From positions 1,415 through 65,414 of the forward strand of contig JAGRLZ010000201.1 in assembly GCA_020441545.1 (NCBI GenBank): a stretch of DNA of 64,000 nucleotides, written 5' to 3'. A program made the position numbers and the translations under genes. Origin of the DNA: Xanthobacteraceae bacterium (GTDB lineage: Bacteria > Pseudomonadota > Alphaproteobacteria > Rhizobiales > Xanthobacteraceae). Positions 54,795 to 64,000 of this stretch are shown in pieces. The notes beneath the pieces were generated by a model. That model ran no database searches and had not been told where the DNA came from. It saw only the letters and a program-made list of their open reading frames with translations. Every line of letters begins with the position of its first letter. The stretch's first letter is position 1.

Positions 54795-56620
54795 CCGCCG
54801 TCAACGATTTCGTCATCCGCTTCGCCAACGTCAACGGCTCCGGGTCGGCAAGCGCCAACGAGATGTTCGCGCGCGCCATCATGCGGATGGGCATTCCGAT
54901 GTCGCCGCGCAACGTCTTTCCCTCGAACATCCAGGGCCTGCCGACGTGGTACGAGATCCGCGTCACCGAAGCCGGGCACCTCGGCGCGCGCGGCGGCACC
55001 GACATCATGGTGGCGATGAACCCGCAGACCTTCAACGCCGACGTCGCCGCGATCGAGCCGGACGGCTACCTGGTCTACGACTCCACCCGCGCGATGCCGC
55101 CCGGCAGGATGCGCACCGACATCAACGTGATCGGCATTCCGCTCACCCGGATCTGCAACACTGAATATACCGACCCGCGCCAGCGCCAGCTGTTCAAGAA
55201 CATCATCTGCATCGGCGCGCTGTCCGCGCTGCTCGACATGGACCTCGCCGAACTCGAGAAGCTGGTCGGCGAGCAGTACAAGGGCAAGGAAAAGCTGATC
55301 GGCCCCAACGTCCATGCGCTGCAACTCGGACGCGCCTATGCGGCGGCCAACTTCAAGTGCCCGCTCGGGCTGCGCCTGAAGCGCACCGACAAGGTCGGCG
55401 ACCGCATCCTGCTCGAAGGCAATGCCGCCGCTGCCCTCGGCGCGGTCTATGGCGGGGCGACCGTCTGCGCGTGGTATCCGATCACGCCGTCGTCGTCGCT
55501 GGCCGAATCCTTCACCCGCTTCTGCGCGAAATACCGCCACGCCCCGGAGACCGGGCAGGCGCGCTACGCGATCATCCAGGCCGAGGACGAGATCGCGTCG
55601 ATCGGCATGGTGATCGGCGCGGCGTGGAATGGCGCCCGCGCCTTCACTGCCACGTCCGGCCCCGGCATCTCGCTGATGCAGGAATTCTTCGGCTTCGCCT
55701 ATTTCGCCGAGATTCCGGCGGTGGTCTTCGACGTGCAGCGCGCCGGGCCGTCCACCGGAATGCCGACGCGCACCCAGCAATGCGACCTCATCAACTGCGC
55801 CTACGCCTCCCACGGCGACACCAAGCACATCCTGCTGTTGCCGGAAGATGCCGCCGAGGCGTTCGAGTTCGGCGCCAGCGCCTTCGACTATGCCGACCGG
55901 CTGCAAACCCCGGTGTTCGTGATGCTCGATCTCGATATCGGCATGAACCATCGGCTGTGCCGGCCGCTGCAATGGGACAAGGCCCGCCGCTACGACCGCG
56001 GCAAGGTGCTGTCGGCCGAGGATCTCGACCGCGTCAAGGATTTCGGCCGCTACACCGACGTCGACGGCGACGCCATTCCGTTCCGCACCTATCCCGGCAC
56101 CCACGCGACCAGGGGCAGCTTCTTCACCCGCGGCACCTCGCATGACGCCCGGGCGAAATATTCCGAAGTGGGCGCGGTCTATGTCGAGGGCATGCAGCGG
56201 CTGCTGCGCAAGCAGGAGACCGCCAAGGGCATCCTGCCGAAGCCGCTGCGCGACGATGCCGGCAAGCCGACGCGGTTCGGCGTGATCTATTACGGCTCCA
56301 CCGCGCCGGCGATGAACGAAGCCGCCGGGATTCTCGCCGGGCGCGGCCACAGCCTCGACCTGATGCGGGTCCGCGCCTTTCCGTTCCACCAGGACGTGGC
56401 GAGCTTCATCGCCGATCACGACTTCGTCTTCGTGGTCGAGCAGAACCGCGACGCACAGCTGCGCACGCTGATCGTCAACGAACTCGATATCGATCCGGTG
56501 CGGCTGGTGCCGATCCTGCATTACGACGGCACCTCGATCACCGCCCGCTTCATTTCCGGCGCGATCGCCGACCGGCTCGACGCGCTGAAAGTCACGCCGC
56601 TGCGAAAGGCGATGTCATGA
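54785..56620 (+). CDS. korA: 2-oxoglutarate:ferredoxin oxidoreductase subunit alpha
   Basis: FANVNGSGSASANEMF..., GNAAAALGAVYGGATVCAWYPITPSSSLAE. It overlaps the upstream gene by 10 nt. Confidence 0.9.
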   Translation: MPLTAVNDFVIRFANVNGSGSASANEMFARAIMRMGIPMSPRNVFPSNIQGLPTWYEIRVTEAGHLGARGGTDIMVAMNPQTFNADVAAIEPDGYLVYDSTRAMPPGRMRTDINVIGIPLTRICNTEYTDPRQRQLFKNIICIGALSALLDMDLAELEKLVGEQYKGKEKLIGPNVHALQLGRAYAAANFKCPLGLRLKRTDKVGDRILLEGNAAAALGAVYGGATVCAWYPITPSSSLAESFTRFCAKYRHAPETGQARYAIIQAEDEIASIGMVIGAAWNGARAFTATSGPGISLMQEFFGFAYFAEIPAVVFDVQRAGPSTGMPTRTQQCDLINCAYASHGDTKHILLLPEDAAEAFEFGASAFDYADRLQTPVFVMLDLDIGMNHRLCRPLQWDKARRYDRGKVLSAEDLDRVKDFGRYTDVDGDAIPFRTYPGTHATRGSFFTRGTSHDARAKYSEVGAVYVEGMQRLLRKQETAKGILPKPLRDDAGKPTRFGVIYYGSTAPAMNEAAGILAGRGHSLDLMRVRAFPFHQDVASFIADHDFVFVVEQNRDAQLRTLIVNELDIDPVRLVPILHYDGTSITARFISGAIADRLDALKVTPLRKAMS

Positions 56621-57672
56621 CCTATCTCGCCAAGCCGAAATTCCACCATCCCTCGCTGCCGAAGAACGCGATCGGCTTCACCCGGCGCGACTACGAAGCC
56701 TCGACCTCGACGCTGTGCGCCGGCTGCGGCCACGATTCGATTTCGGCGGCGATCATCGAGGCGGCGTTCGAGCTGTCGATCGAACCGCACCGGGTGGCGA
56801 AGATTTCCGGCATCGGCTGCTCGTCGAAGACGCCGGACTACTTCCTCGGCGCCTCCCACGGCTTCAATTCGGTGCACGGCCGCATGCCCTCGGTGCTGAC
56901 CGGGGCCAATCTCGCCAATCGCGACCTGATCTATCTCGGCGTCTCCGGCGACGGCGATTCCGCCTCGATCGGCTTCGGCCAGTTCGCCCATGCGCTGCGG
57001 CGCGGCGTCGACATGGTCTACATCGTCGAGAACAACGGCGTCTACGGGCTGACCAAGGGCCAGTTCTCGGCCACCGCCGACAAGGGCTCGAAATCCAAGA
57101 AGGGCGCGCTCAATTCCGACAGCGCGATCGACCTGGTCAGCATGGCCCTGCAGCTCGGCGCCACCTTCGTCGCCCGCAGCTTCTCCGGCGACAAGGCCCA
57201 GCTGGTGCCGCTCATCAAGGCGGCGATCCAGCACCGCGGCGCCGCCCTCATCGACGTGATCTCGCCCTGCATCGCGTTCAACAACCATGTCGGCTCGACC
57301 AAGAGCCTCGACTATGTCCGCGCCCACAACGAGGCGGTGAACGCGCTCGACGTGATGATCGGCCGCGCGCCGATCACGGTGGACCACGCGCCGGGCAAGG
57401 TGGTGACGGTGACCCTGCACGACGGCTCCGAGCTTCGCCTGCGCAAGCTGAACGACGAATACGATCCCGGCGACCGGCTGGCCGCGATGAACTTCCTCCA
57501 GGCCCACGCCGCCCGGGGCCAGATCGTCACCGGCCTGCTCTATGTCGATCCGGAAGCCGACGACCTCCACGGCCATTTCGACACGGTGCCGACCCCGCTC
57601 AACCAGCTCGGCGAGCGCGAGCTGTGCCCGGGCGCCGACACGCTCGACGCGATCAACGCCGGCCTGCGCTAG
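56617..57672 (+). CDS. korB: 2-oxoglutarate:ferredoxin oxidoreductase subunit beta
   Basis: ATGA overlap with korA. CAGCGHDSI, GDGDSASIG (TPP-binding). The TAG stop lies inside the CTAG of the following repeat. Confidence 0.9.
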   Translation: MTYLAKPKFHHPSLPKNAIGFTRRDYEASTSTLCAGCGHDSISAAIIEAAFELSIEPHRVAKISGIGCSSKTPDYFLGASHGFNSVHGRMPSVLTGANLANRDLIYLGVSGDGDSASIGFGQFAHALRRGVDMVYIVENNGVYGLTKGQFSATADKGSKSKKGALNSDSAIDLVSMALQLGATFVARSFSGDKAQLVPLIKAAIQHRGAALIDVISPCIAFNNHVGSTKSLDYVRAHNEAVNALDVMIGRAPITVDHAPGKVVTVTLHDGSELRLRKLNDEYDPGDRLAAMNFLQAHAARGQIVTGLLYVDPEADDLHGHFDTVPTPLNQLGERELCPGADTLDAINAGLR

Positions 57673-57770
57673 GGCATGATCCCGAAAAGTGGAAGCCGGT
57701 TTTCGGAAAAAGATCATGCTCAAATAAAAAGAAAAACGGCAGGTCTGATCCAGCGAAATCGGATCAGACC
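57669..57770. repeat. Type-D structured repeat (CTAGGGCATGATCCCGAAAAG...GATCATGC...GGTCTGATCC-N9-GGATCAGACC)
   Basis: Two long hairpins with an architecture analogous to type A. One copy in the window. Confidence 0.7.
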
Positions 57771-58105
57771 CCAGACGCGTGAACTTCCCACGGCGGGCCT
57801 GTGCCGCCTCGCCTCCTACACGACATTGCGATCACCCCGCGCGCCCGATGCGTGGAACCGATCCGCCGCCGGCGCGTAACCCCATCGCGCGCGTCATGGC
57901 GCACACGGTGGCGCAGATGATGGCGCGCACAGCGCGGCGCGGATCGCCACATTGGCGCCTGCGAAAATGCACTATAGTCGGGTTCCAGGCGGTTGGGGAT
58001 CGGTCGGCTCTGCCTCGCTCCGGACGCTGCCTGACCGGCCAAACCGCCGGGACACATCCATTTCCATCGCCGGCGAACCGGCAGAGGATCGAGCAAGCGG
58101 GTATC

Positions 58106-60970
58106 ATGACGTCACTCAAGGCACTGCAAGACCATGGCCAGGCCGTCTGGCTGGATTTCCTCGCGCGCGGCTTCATCGCCAAGGGCGACCTGAGGCGCCT
58201 GATCGAGGAGGACGGCGTGCGCGGCGTCACCTCCAACCCCGCCATCTTCGAGAAGGCGATCGGCGGCTCGCACGAATACGACGACGCCATGGCGGCCGCC
58301 TTGCGCCATCGCGACCGGCCGGTGATGGCGCTCTACGAGCATCTCGCCATCGCCGACATCCGCAGCGCCGCCGACGTGCTGCGGCCGACCTATGACCGGC
58401 TCAAGGGCGCCGACGGGTTCGTCAGCCTCGAAGTGTCGCCCTATCTGGCGCTCGACACCCGGAGGACCATCGCGGAGGCGGAGCGGTTCTGGAACGAGGT
58501 CGACCGCAGGAACCTGATGATCAAGGTGCCGGCCACGCGCGAGGGCCTGCCGGCGATCCGCCACCTGATCGCGCAAGGCATCAGCGTGAACATCACGCTG
58601 CTGTTCTCGCAAGGCGTCTACAAGGAGGTCGTGGAAGCCTATCTGTCCGGCCTCGAGGAGCATGTGCGCGGCGGCGGCGATCCGTCCCGCGTCGCCAGCG
58701 TCGCCAGCTTCTTCGTCAGCCGCATCGACAGCACGGTGGACAAGGAGCTCGACGCGGCGATCGCGAAAGCCAACGATCCGGCGGAGAAGGCCCGCCTGAA
58801 AGACCTTCAGGGCAAGGTCGCCATCGCCAATGCCAGGCTGGCCTATCAGCATTACAAGGACGTGATCGCGAGCCCGCGCTGGCAGGCGCTGCAGGCCAGG
58901 GGCGCGCGGCCGCAGCGGCTGCTGTGGGCCTCGACCGGCACCAAGAACAAGGCTTACAGCGACGTTCTCTATGTCGAGGAGCTGATCGGCCCCGACACCG
59001 TCAACACCCTGCCGCCGGCGACGCTCGATGCCTTCCGCGATCACGGCCAGTTGCGCGACAGCCTGGAGGAGAATATCGACGACGCCCGCAAGGTGCTGGC
59101 CGATCTCGACAAGGCGGGAATTTCGCTCGCCGCCATCACCGACAGCCTGGTGAAGGAAGGCGTCCAGCTGTTCGCCGATGCGTTCGACAAGCTGCTCGGC
59201 GCGGTCGCCGAGAAACGGGCGACGATTCTCGGCGCGCGGATTGACCGGCAGACGCTCGTGCTCGACGACCGCCTCGGCAGGACGGTGGCCGACGCCACCG
59301 ATGCCTGGCGCGCGTCCGGCGCCATGCGGCGGCTGTGGCAGCACGACAGTTCGGTGTGGACCGGCAGCGACGAGGACAAGTGGCTCGGCTGGCTCGACAG
59401 TCCGGCGGCCGAGCGCAACAAGCTCGACGCCTACAGGCAGTTCGCGGCCTGGGTGAAGAGCCGCGGCTTCACCGACGCCGTGGTGCTGGGCATGGGCGGC
59501 TCGAGCCTGGGGCCGGAGGTGCTGGCGACCACCTTTCGCAAACGGGTCGGTTTTCCGAAACTGCATGTGCTGGATTCCACCGATCCGGCGCAGGTCGCGG
59601 CCATGGCAGACAGGGTGACGATCGCGACAACGCTGTTCATCGTCTCCAGCAAGTCCGGTGGCACCACCGAGCCGAACGCGATGAAGGACTACTTCTTCGG
59701 CCGCGTCGCGGATGAAGTGAGGCAAGGCAGTATCCAGGGCAAGGCCGGCAACCGCTTCGTCGCGGTCACCGATCCCGGCTCGTCGCTGGAGAAGGTCGCG
59801 CAGGCGCAGGGCTTCGCCCACATCTTCCATGGCGAGCCGACCATCGGCGGCCGCTATTCGGTGCTGTCGCCGTTCGGCCTGGTGCCGGCGGCCGCGGCCG
59901 GCCTCGACCTCGCCCGGCTGCTCGATTCCACGCTCGGCATGGTGCGCTGCTGCGGCCCCGACGTGCCGCCGCACGACAATCCCGGCGCCCAGCTCGGACT
60001 GGCGATGGGGCTTGCCGGCCGCGCAGGCCGCGACAAGGTCACCATCCTGTCGTCCCGATCGATCGCGGATTTCGGCGCATGGGCCGAACAGCTGATCGCC
60101 GAATCCACCGGCAAGGAAGGCAAGGGCCTGATTCCGATCGACGGCGAGACGCTCGGCGCGCCTTCAGTCTACGGCAACGACCGCTTCTTCATCGACCTGC
60201 GCACCGAAGCGGACGCGGATTCCGCACACGATTCCGCGCTGGATGCGCTGGCGCGCGCCGGCCATCCGGTGGTGCGCATCGCGATGAGATCGCCCGATCA
60301 GATCGGCCAGGAATTCTTCCGCTTCGAGATCGCGACCGCGGTGGCCGGCGCGATCCTCGGCATCAACCCGTTCGATCAGCCGGACGTCGAATCCGCCAAG
60401 ATCAAGACCCGCGAACTGACCCGCGCCTTCGAGAGCACCGGCCAGTTGCCCGACGAACAGCCGTTGACCGCGATCGACGGCATCGCTCTCTACACCGACG
60501 ACGCCAATGCCAAGGCGCTGCGCGGCAAGGGCGCGGACGGCACGCTGGAATCCTGGATCAAGGCGCAGCTCGCGCGGGTCGGCGCCAGCGATTACGTCGC
60601 CCTGCTCGCTTATCTCGACCGCAATGCCGGCCACACCAAGTCGCTGCAACGGATGCGGATGGCGGTGCGCGACAAGCGCCACGTGGCGACCTGCGCCGAA
60701 TTCGGGCCGCGCTTCCTGCACTCCACCGGCCAGGCTTACAAAGGCGGCCCGAACAGCGGCGTGTTCCTGCAGATCACCGCCGACGACGCCAGGGACCTGG
60801 CGATCCCCGGCCAGTCCGCCAGCTTCGGCACCATCAAGGCCGCCCAGGCGCGCGGCGACTTCGACGTTCTGACCGAACGCGGCCGCCGCGCGCTGCGGAT
60901 TCACCTGAAGGGCGACGTCAAGACGGGGCTCGCCAGGATCGACAAGGCGATCAACGCCGCGCTGAAGTGA
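58106..60970 (+). CDS. tal-pgi: Bifunctional transaldolase / glucose-6-phosphate isomerase
   Basis: The N-terminal half is transaldolase-like ([21 protein letters not shown]). The C-terminal half is PGI-like ([19 protein letters not shown]). The upstream 109 codons of the track ORF are unsupported. Confidence 0.9.
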   Translation: MTSLKALQDHGQAVWLDFLARGFIAKGDLRRLIEEDGVRGVTSNPAIFEKAIGGSHEYDDAMAAALRHRDRPVMALYEHLAIADIRSAADVLRPTYDRLKGADGFVSLEVSPYLALDTRRTIAEAERFWNEVDRRNLMIKVPATREGLPAIRHLIAQGISVNITLLFSQGVYKEVVEAYLSGLEEHVRGGGDPSRVASVASFFVSRIDSTVDKELDAAIAKANDPAEKARLKDLQGKVAIANARLAYQHYKDVIASPRWQALQARGARPQRLLWASTGTKNKAYSDVLYVEELIGPDTVNTLPPATLDAFRDHGQLRDSLEENIDDARKVLADLDKAGISLAAITDSLVKEGVQLFADAFDKLLGAVAEKRATILGARIDRQTLVLDDRLGRTVADATDAWRASGAMRRLWQHDSSVWTGSDEDKWLGWLDSPAAERNKLDAYRQFAAWVKSRGFTDAVVLGMGGSSLGPEVLATTFRKRVGFPKLHVLDSTDPAQVAAMADRVTIATTLFIVSSKSGGTTEPNAMKDYFFGRVADEVRQGSIQGKAGNRFVAVTDPGSSLEKVAQAQGFAHIFHGEPTIGGRYSVLSPFGLVPAAAAGLDLARLLDSTLGMVRCCGPDVPPHDNPGAQLGLAMGLAGRAGRDKVTILSSRSIADFGAWAEQLIAESTGKEGKGLIPIDGETLGAPSVYGNDRFFIDLRTEADADSAHDSALDALARAGHPVVRIAMRSPDQIGQEFFRFEIATAVAGAILGINPFDQPDVESAKIKTRELTRAFESTGQLPDEQPLTAIDGIALYTDDANAKALRGKGADGTLESWIKAQLARVGASDYVALLAYLDRNAGHTKSLQRMRMAVRDKRHVATCAEFGPRFLHSTGQAYKGGPNSGVFLQITADDARDLAIPGQSASFGTIKAAQARGDFDVLTERGRRALRIHLKGDVKTGLARIDKAINAALK

Positions 60971-60980
60971 GGATTCGTCG

Positions 60981-61967
60981 ATGCAGATCGGAATGGTCGG
61001 CCTGGGACGGATGGGCGCCAACATCGTCCGCAGGCTGATGAGAAACGGCGGCCACGACGCCGTGGTGTACGACACCAACCCGAAGGCGGTCGCCGAACTG
61101 GCACAGGAAGGCGCCACCGGCGCGGCCTCGCTGCGGGAACTGGTCGGCAAGCTGAAAGCGCCGCGCACGGTGTGGGTGATGCTGCCGGCCGGCGCCATCA
61201 CCGAAACCACGATCGAGGAACTGGCAAAGCTGCTGGCGCCGGACGACGTCATCATCGATGGCGGCAACACGTTCTGGCAGGACGATATCCGACGCGGCAA
61301 GGCGCTCGCGGCGAAGCGGCTCCACTACGTCGATGTCGGCACCAGCGGCGGCGTCTGGGGGCTGGAGCGCGGCTATTGCATGATGATCGGCGGCGATACG
61401 GAAGTGGTGCAGCGGCTCGATCCGATCTTCGCCACCATGGCGCCGGGCATCGGCGACATCCCGCGCACGCCCGGGCGCGAAGGCCGCGACCCGCGCGCCG
61501 AGCAGGGCTACATCCATGCCGGCCCGATCGGCGCCGGGCATTTCGTCAAGATGATCCATAACGGCATCGAATACGGCCTGATGCAGGCTTATGCCGAGGG
61601 CTTCGACATCCTCAGGAACGCCGGCAGCGACAGCCTGCCGGCCGACCATCGTTTCGCGCTCGACCTGCCCGACATTGCGGAAGTGTGGCGGCGCGGCAGC
61701 GTGATCCCGTCATGGCTGCTCGATCTCACCGCCAGCGCGCTGGCACAGAACCACGCACTGGACCAGTATTCCGGCTTCGTCGAGGATTCCGGCGAAGGCC
61801 GCTGGACCGTGAACGCCGCCATCGACGAGGCGGTGCCCGCCGAGGTGCTGACGGCGGCGCTGTTCGCCCGCTTCCGTTCGCGCAAGGACCACACCTTCGC
61901 CGAGAAAATCCTCTCCGCGATGCGCGCGGGCTTCGGCGGCCACAAGGAGCCCGGGAAGGACAGTTGA
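60981..61967 (+). CDS. gnd: 6-phosphogluconate dehydrogenase (decarboxylating), short form
   Basis: [16 protein letters not shown]..., [14 protein letters not shown]. Confidence 0.9.
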   Translation: MQIGMVGLGRMGANIVRRLMRNGGHDAVVYDTNPKAVAELAQEGATGAASLRELVGKLKAPRTVWVMLPAGAITETTIEELAKLLAPDDVIIDGGNTFWQDDIRRGKALAAKRLHYVDVGTSGGVWGLERGYCMMIGGDTEVVQRLDPIFATMAPGIGDIPRTPGREGRDPRAEQGYIHAGPIGAGHFVKMIHNGIEYGLMQAYAEGFDILRNAGSDSLPADHRFALDLPDIAEVWRRGSVIPSWLLDLTASALAQNHALDQYSGFVEDSGEGRWTVNAAIDEAVPAEVLTAALFARFRSRKDHTFAEKILSAMRAGFGGHKEPGKDS

Positions 61968-63484
61968 TGACCTCGAACGGAATCGCCCGGCAGGTCAGCC
62001 CGGACCCCTGCAGCTTCATCATCTTCGGTGTCACCGGAGACCTCACCCATCGCCTGGTGATTCCGGCGCTCTACAACCTGGCGGCGGCGAGGCTGCTTCC
62101 GGACGACTTCTGCGTGGTGGGCATCACCCGCAAGGCCATGAGCCGCGAGGCGCTGCGCGACAGCCTGATGCAGGGATTGCGCAAACACGCCACCCGATCC
62201 GTGGACGATGCCATCGCCGACAAGCTGTTGCGCTGCGTCACCTGCATCGACGCCGACCCGTCGGCGCCGGAATCGTTCGACCGCATGGCCGCGCAACTGA
62301 AGCAGCGCGAAGCCGAACATCGCACCGCCGGCAACCGCCTGTTCTACCTCGCCACCCCGCCATCCGCCTTCACGCCGATCAGCCTGCAACTCGGCCGTGC
62401 CGGCCTCCTGAAGCAGGATGGCGGCTCCTGGCGCCGGCTGGTGATCGAAAAGCCGTTCGGCACCGATCTCGCATCCGCCCGTCGCCTCAATGCCGAACTG
62501 CTGCGCGTCGCCAACGAGCATCAGATCTACCGGATCGATCACTATCTCGGCAAGGAGACGGTGCAGAACATCCTGGTGCTGCGCTTCGCCAACGGCATGT
62601 TCGAGCCGATCTGGAATCGCAACCACATCGATCACGTCCAGATCACCGTGAACGAGACGCTCGGCGTCGGCCATCGCGGCAGCTTCTATGACGCCACCGG
62701 CGCGCTGCGCGACATGGTGCCGAACCACCTGTTCCAGCTGCTGTCGCTGGTCGCGATGGAGCCGCCGGCGCATTTCGACGCCCACACCGTCCGCTCCGAG
62801 AAGGCCCAGGTGCTGGCGGCGATCCAGGCCCAGACGCCGGACGAGGCGTTGCAGAACTCGGTTCGCGGCCAGTACACCGCCGGCCGGATCGGCGACGAGA
62901 CGATTCCGGACTATCGGTCCGCGAAGGACGTGCGCGCGGACAGCACCACCGAGACCTATGCCGCGCTCAAGCTCACCATCGACAACTGGCGCTGGGCCGG
63001 CGTGCCGTTCTACCTGCGCACCGGCAAGGCGCTCGCGGCCAAGCGCACGGAAATCGCGATCAAGTTCAAGCAGGCGCCGTTCGCGATGTTCCGCGACACG
63101 CCGATCGAACGATTGTCGCAGAACTATTTCGTCATCGGCATCGAGCCCGCCGAAGGCATAACGCTTCAATTCAACACCAAGGTGCCGGGCCCCTCGATCG
63201 CGATCGACGGGGTCGCGATGACGTTCCTCTACAGGGACTACTTCAAGGCCGAGCCGAGCACCGGCTATGAAACCCTGATCCATGATTGCATGATCGGCGA
63301 CAACATCCTGTTCCAGCGCGCCGACAGCGTCGAGGCGGGCTGGCGCGCCGTGATGCCTTTTATCGACGCCTGGAAAGCCGCCGGCGCGAACGGTCTCGAC
63401 TTCTACCCGGCCGACAGCGACGGCCCCGCCGCCAGCGCTGCGCTGCTGGCGCGCGACGGCCGAAGCTGGCGAACGCCGGTGTGA
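61967..63484 (+). CDS. zwf: Glucose-6-phosphate 1-dehydrogenase
   Basis: The ATG overlaps the gnd stop by 1 nt. FIIFGVTGDLT, RIDHYLGKE, EKPFG. Confidence 0.9.
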   Translation: MTSNGIARQVSPDPCSFIIFGVTGDLTHRLVIPALYNLAAARLLPDDFCVVGITRKAMSREALRDSLMQGLRKHATRSVDDAIADKLLRCVTCIDADPSAPESFDRMAAQLKQREAEHRTAGNRLFYLATPPSAFTPISLQLGRAGLLKQDGGSWRRLVIEKPFGTDLASARRLNAELLRVANEHQIYRIDHYLGKETVQNILVLRFANGMFEPIWNRNHIDHVQITVNETLGVGHRGSFYDATGALRDMVPNHLFQLLSLVAMEPPAHFDAHTVRSEKAQVLAAIQAQTPDEALQNSVRGQYTAGRIGDETIPDYRSAKDVRADSTTETYAALKLTIDNWRWAGVPFYLRTGKALAAKRTEIAIKFKQAPFAMFRDTPIERLSQNYFVIGIEPAEGITLQFNTKVPGPSIAIDGVAMTFLYRDYFKAEPSTGYETLIHDCMIGDNILFQRADSVEAGWRAVMPFIDAWKAAGANGLDFYPADSDGPAASAALLARDGRSWRTPV

Positions 63485-63486
63485 GC

Positions 63487-64000
63487 ATGGAGGAGCGCCC
63501 CCGCAGCGTGATCGAGGTCGCCGACGCCACCGCTCTGGCGCAGGCCGCGGCCCAGCGCGTGGTCGCGCGGATCGCCGACCAGCCGGGACGCGCCGCGGTC
63601 TGCCTGACCGGAGGTGCGAGCCCGCGGCGGCTTTATGCGCTGCTGGCTGAAGACCCCTATCGCAGCCGCATCCCCTGGGAGCGGGTGCACTGGTTCGTCG
63701 GCGACGACCGCTTCGTGCCGTTCGACGATCCGCGCAGCAATTTCGGACAGGCATGCCGGCTGTTTCTCGCCGCCTGCGCGCCTTCGGAAAACGTCCACCC
63801 GATCCCGACCGATGCACCGACGCCGCAAGCCGCCGCGGCACTGTATCAGGAAACGCTGCAATCCTTCTACGGCGCGCGCCGGTTCGATCCGGCGCGGCCG
63901 CTGTTCGCGCTGGTTCTGATGGGCGTCGGCCCGGATGGCCACACCGCGTCGCTGTTTCCCGGCGATGCCGCGCTTGCGGAAGCCGAACGCTGGGTGGTCG
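63487..64000 (+). CDS. pgl: 6-phosphogluconolactonase (3' end off window)
   Basis: CLTGGASPRRLY..., VLMGVGPDGHTASLFPG. Confidence 0.85.
   Translation, partial: MEERPRSVIEVADATALAQAAAQRVVARIADQPGRAAVCLTGGASPRRLYALLAEDPYRSRIPWERVHWFVGDDRFVPFDDPRSNFGQACRLFLAACAPSENVHPIPTDAPTPQAAAALYQETLQSFYGARRFDPARPLFALVLMGVGPDGHTASLFPGDAALAEAERWVV

Noticed and set aside
57854-57878. EcfG-like motif GGAAC-N16-CGTA upstream of tal-pgi, and GGAAC-N17-CGCG at 13157..13182 formed by the end of repeat A1 upstream of DUF4403
   Set aside because: The -10 element deviates from CGTT. The first lies ~250 nt from the ATG, and the second is partly repeat-derived. This is too weak to call without transcript data.

Overview
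High-GC alphaproteobacterial chromosome segment. Gene content, an Irr-type iron control element, EcfG-type promoters and GTCATTCC...GGAATGAC repeat elements suggest a Bradyrhizobium/Rhodopseudomonas-like Nitrobacteraceae genome; this assignment is inference, no search was run. The window looks like core chromosome. I saw no integrase, transposase, tRNA, rRNA or CRISPR. In order it contains: the 5' end of the dcw cell-division cluster (murF-murE-ftsI-ftsL-rsmH, minus strand, no mraZ), an Amidase_2 peptidoglycan amidase, RNase P RNA (rnpB), two tandem membrane GGDEF cyclases, an extensin-like lipoprotein, two L,D-transpeptidases, DUF4403, two PRC-barrel proteins, an SLT-domain and an MltB-like lytic transglycosylase, a split YeeE/YedE pair, bfd-bfr, two tandem secreted Gly-rich paralogs, yqhA-like, tam, a lower-GC BrnT/BrnA toxin-antitoxin islet, ettA, a 2-hydroxyacid dehydrogenase, sseA plus a rhodanese, a divergent VWA / GlsB / MoxR-AAA locus, a GMC oxidoreductase, GNAT, SMP-30 lactonase, enoyl-CoA hydratase, malonyl-CoA decarboxylase, ccdA-thioredoxin, gpx-DUF3297-amidase, pqqABCDE followed by pip and an unknown ORF, a GltD-like/ferredoxin fusion with korAB, and a pentose-phosphate operon (tal-pgi, gnd, zwf, pgl). 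Most very long ORFs in the six-frame track are antisense artefacts of high GC and were rejected. No canonical defence or mobile system is evident apart from BrnTA. The most interesting unexplained signals are listed here. (1) pqqE is translationally coupled to an S33 prolyl aminopeptidase and a 222-aa unknown protein. (2) Perfect GGAAC-N17-CGTT general-stress promoters drive an unannotated 31-aa membrane peptide and a PRC-barrel gene. (3) A structured ~100-nt repeat family has a terminal CTAG that supplies the TAG stop codon of four genes. (4) A 508-bp gene-free region between convergent genes carries a 5-copy CTGTTGA(T/C)A array and a candidate anti-SD sRNA ending at a strong terminator. (5) Several short tandem-repeat arrays occur, with 13-15 bp periods between genes and 12/15/18 bp periods in frame within genes. 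All functional calls rest on motif recognition from memory and on gene context, not on database searches.
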